From Chiloscyllium plagiosum (lineage: Eukaryota): DNA of 64,000 bases. Position numbers and translations under genes: made by a program. The stretch covers positions 71,585,486 to 71,649,485 of the forward strand of contig NC_057718.1 of assembly GCF_004010195.1 (NCBI RefSeq). Reading direction: 5' to 3'. Below are positions 63,000 to 64,000 of the stretch, piece by piece. The number at the start of each line of letters is the position of its first letter. The first letter of the stretch is position 1. Below the pieces are notes generated by a model. It was not told where the DNA came from. It saw nothing but the letters and a program-made list of their open reading frames with translations, and searched no databases.

Positions 63000-64000
63000 C
63001 ATTTATTTCAGCCTAACGGGGAAGGCAGATGAACTCACGGCATGGTTAGGAACATGGGAAAAGGATATCATAGCAATTACAGAAACATGACTCAAGGATG
63101 GACAGGACTGGCAGCTTAATGTTCCAGGATACATATGCTACAGGAAGGAAAGAAAGGGAGGCAAGAGAGGAGGGGGAGTAGCGTTTTTAATAAGGGATAG
63201 CATTACAGCTGTGCTGAGGGAGGATATTCCCGGAAATACATCCAGGGAAGTTATTTGGGTGGAACTGAGAAAGAAGAAAGGAATGATAACCTTATTGGGA
63301 TTGTATTATAGACCTCCCAATAGTCAGAGGGAAATTGAGAGACAAACTTGTAAGGAGATCTCAGCTATCTGTAAGAGTACTTAAGGTCGGGGATTTTAAC
63401 TTTCCAAACATAGACTGGGACTGCCATAGTGTTAAGGGTTTAGATGGAGAGGATTTGTTACGTGTGTACAAGACAATTTTCTGATTCAGTATGTGGATGT
63501 ACCTACTGGAGAAGGTGCAAACATTGACCTACTCTTGGGAAATAAGGCCGGGCAGGTGACTGAGGTGTCAGTAGGGGAGCACTTTGGGGTCAATGACCAT
63601 CATTCTACTAGATTTAAAATAATGATGGAAAAGGATAGACCAGATCTAAAAGTTGAAGTTCTAAATTAGAGAAAGGCCAATTCTGATAGTCTTAGGTAAG
63701 AACTTTCAAAAGCTGATTGGGGCAGATGTTCGCAGGTAAAGGGACGGCTGGAAAATGGGAAGCCTTCAGAAATGAGATAATGAAAATCCAGTGAAAGTAT
63801 ATTCCTGTCAGGGTGAAAGGAAAGGTATAGGGAATGCTGGATGACTAAAGAAATTGAGGGTTTGGTTAAGAAAAAGAAGGAAGCATTTGTCAGGTATAGT
63901 CAGAATAGATCGAGTGAATCCTTAGAAGAGTATGAAGGAAGTAGGAGTATACTTAAGAGGGAAATCAGGAGGGCAAAACGGGTACATGAGTTAGCTTTGG
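63000..64000 (+). mobile_element. CR1 ORF2 endonuclease region, runs off the window
   Basis: IAITET, LGLYYRPP, GDFNF motifs; same family as 38672-42790. Confidence 0.9.

Overview
Vertebrate genomic DNA, most likely a shark/elasmobranch (inferred from HE1-type V-SINEs, their partner CR1 LINEs and the repeat landscape). Only two host-gene segments are visible, both on +: the last coding exon and 3'UTR of WTAP (871-~2160) and the first coding exon of ACAT2 (59166-59217), the same order as in human. The ~57 kb between them is almost entirely nested, decayed transposons: many CR1 LINEs (one near full length), a split RTE LINE, tRNA-derived SINEs, Penelope-like elements with hammerhead ribozyme motifs, several solo LTRs, a Gmr1-type Gypsy provirus broken by an inversion, and a rearranged endogenous retrovirus with env and pol in opposite orientations. 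Three N gaps are present. Best leads: (1) an in-frame upstream ATG that would add a mitochondrial-presequence-like 32-aa leader to the normally cytosolic ACAT2; (2) Penelope hammerhead motifs and short fold-back hairpin insertions with 15-bp TSDs; (3) reconstructable local inversions. Repeat boundaries were read by eye and are approximate unless a TSD is quoted; family names come from motif recognition, not database searches.
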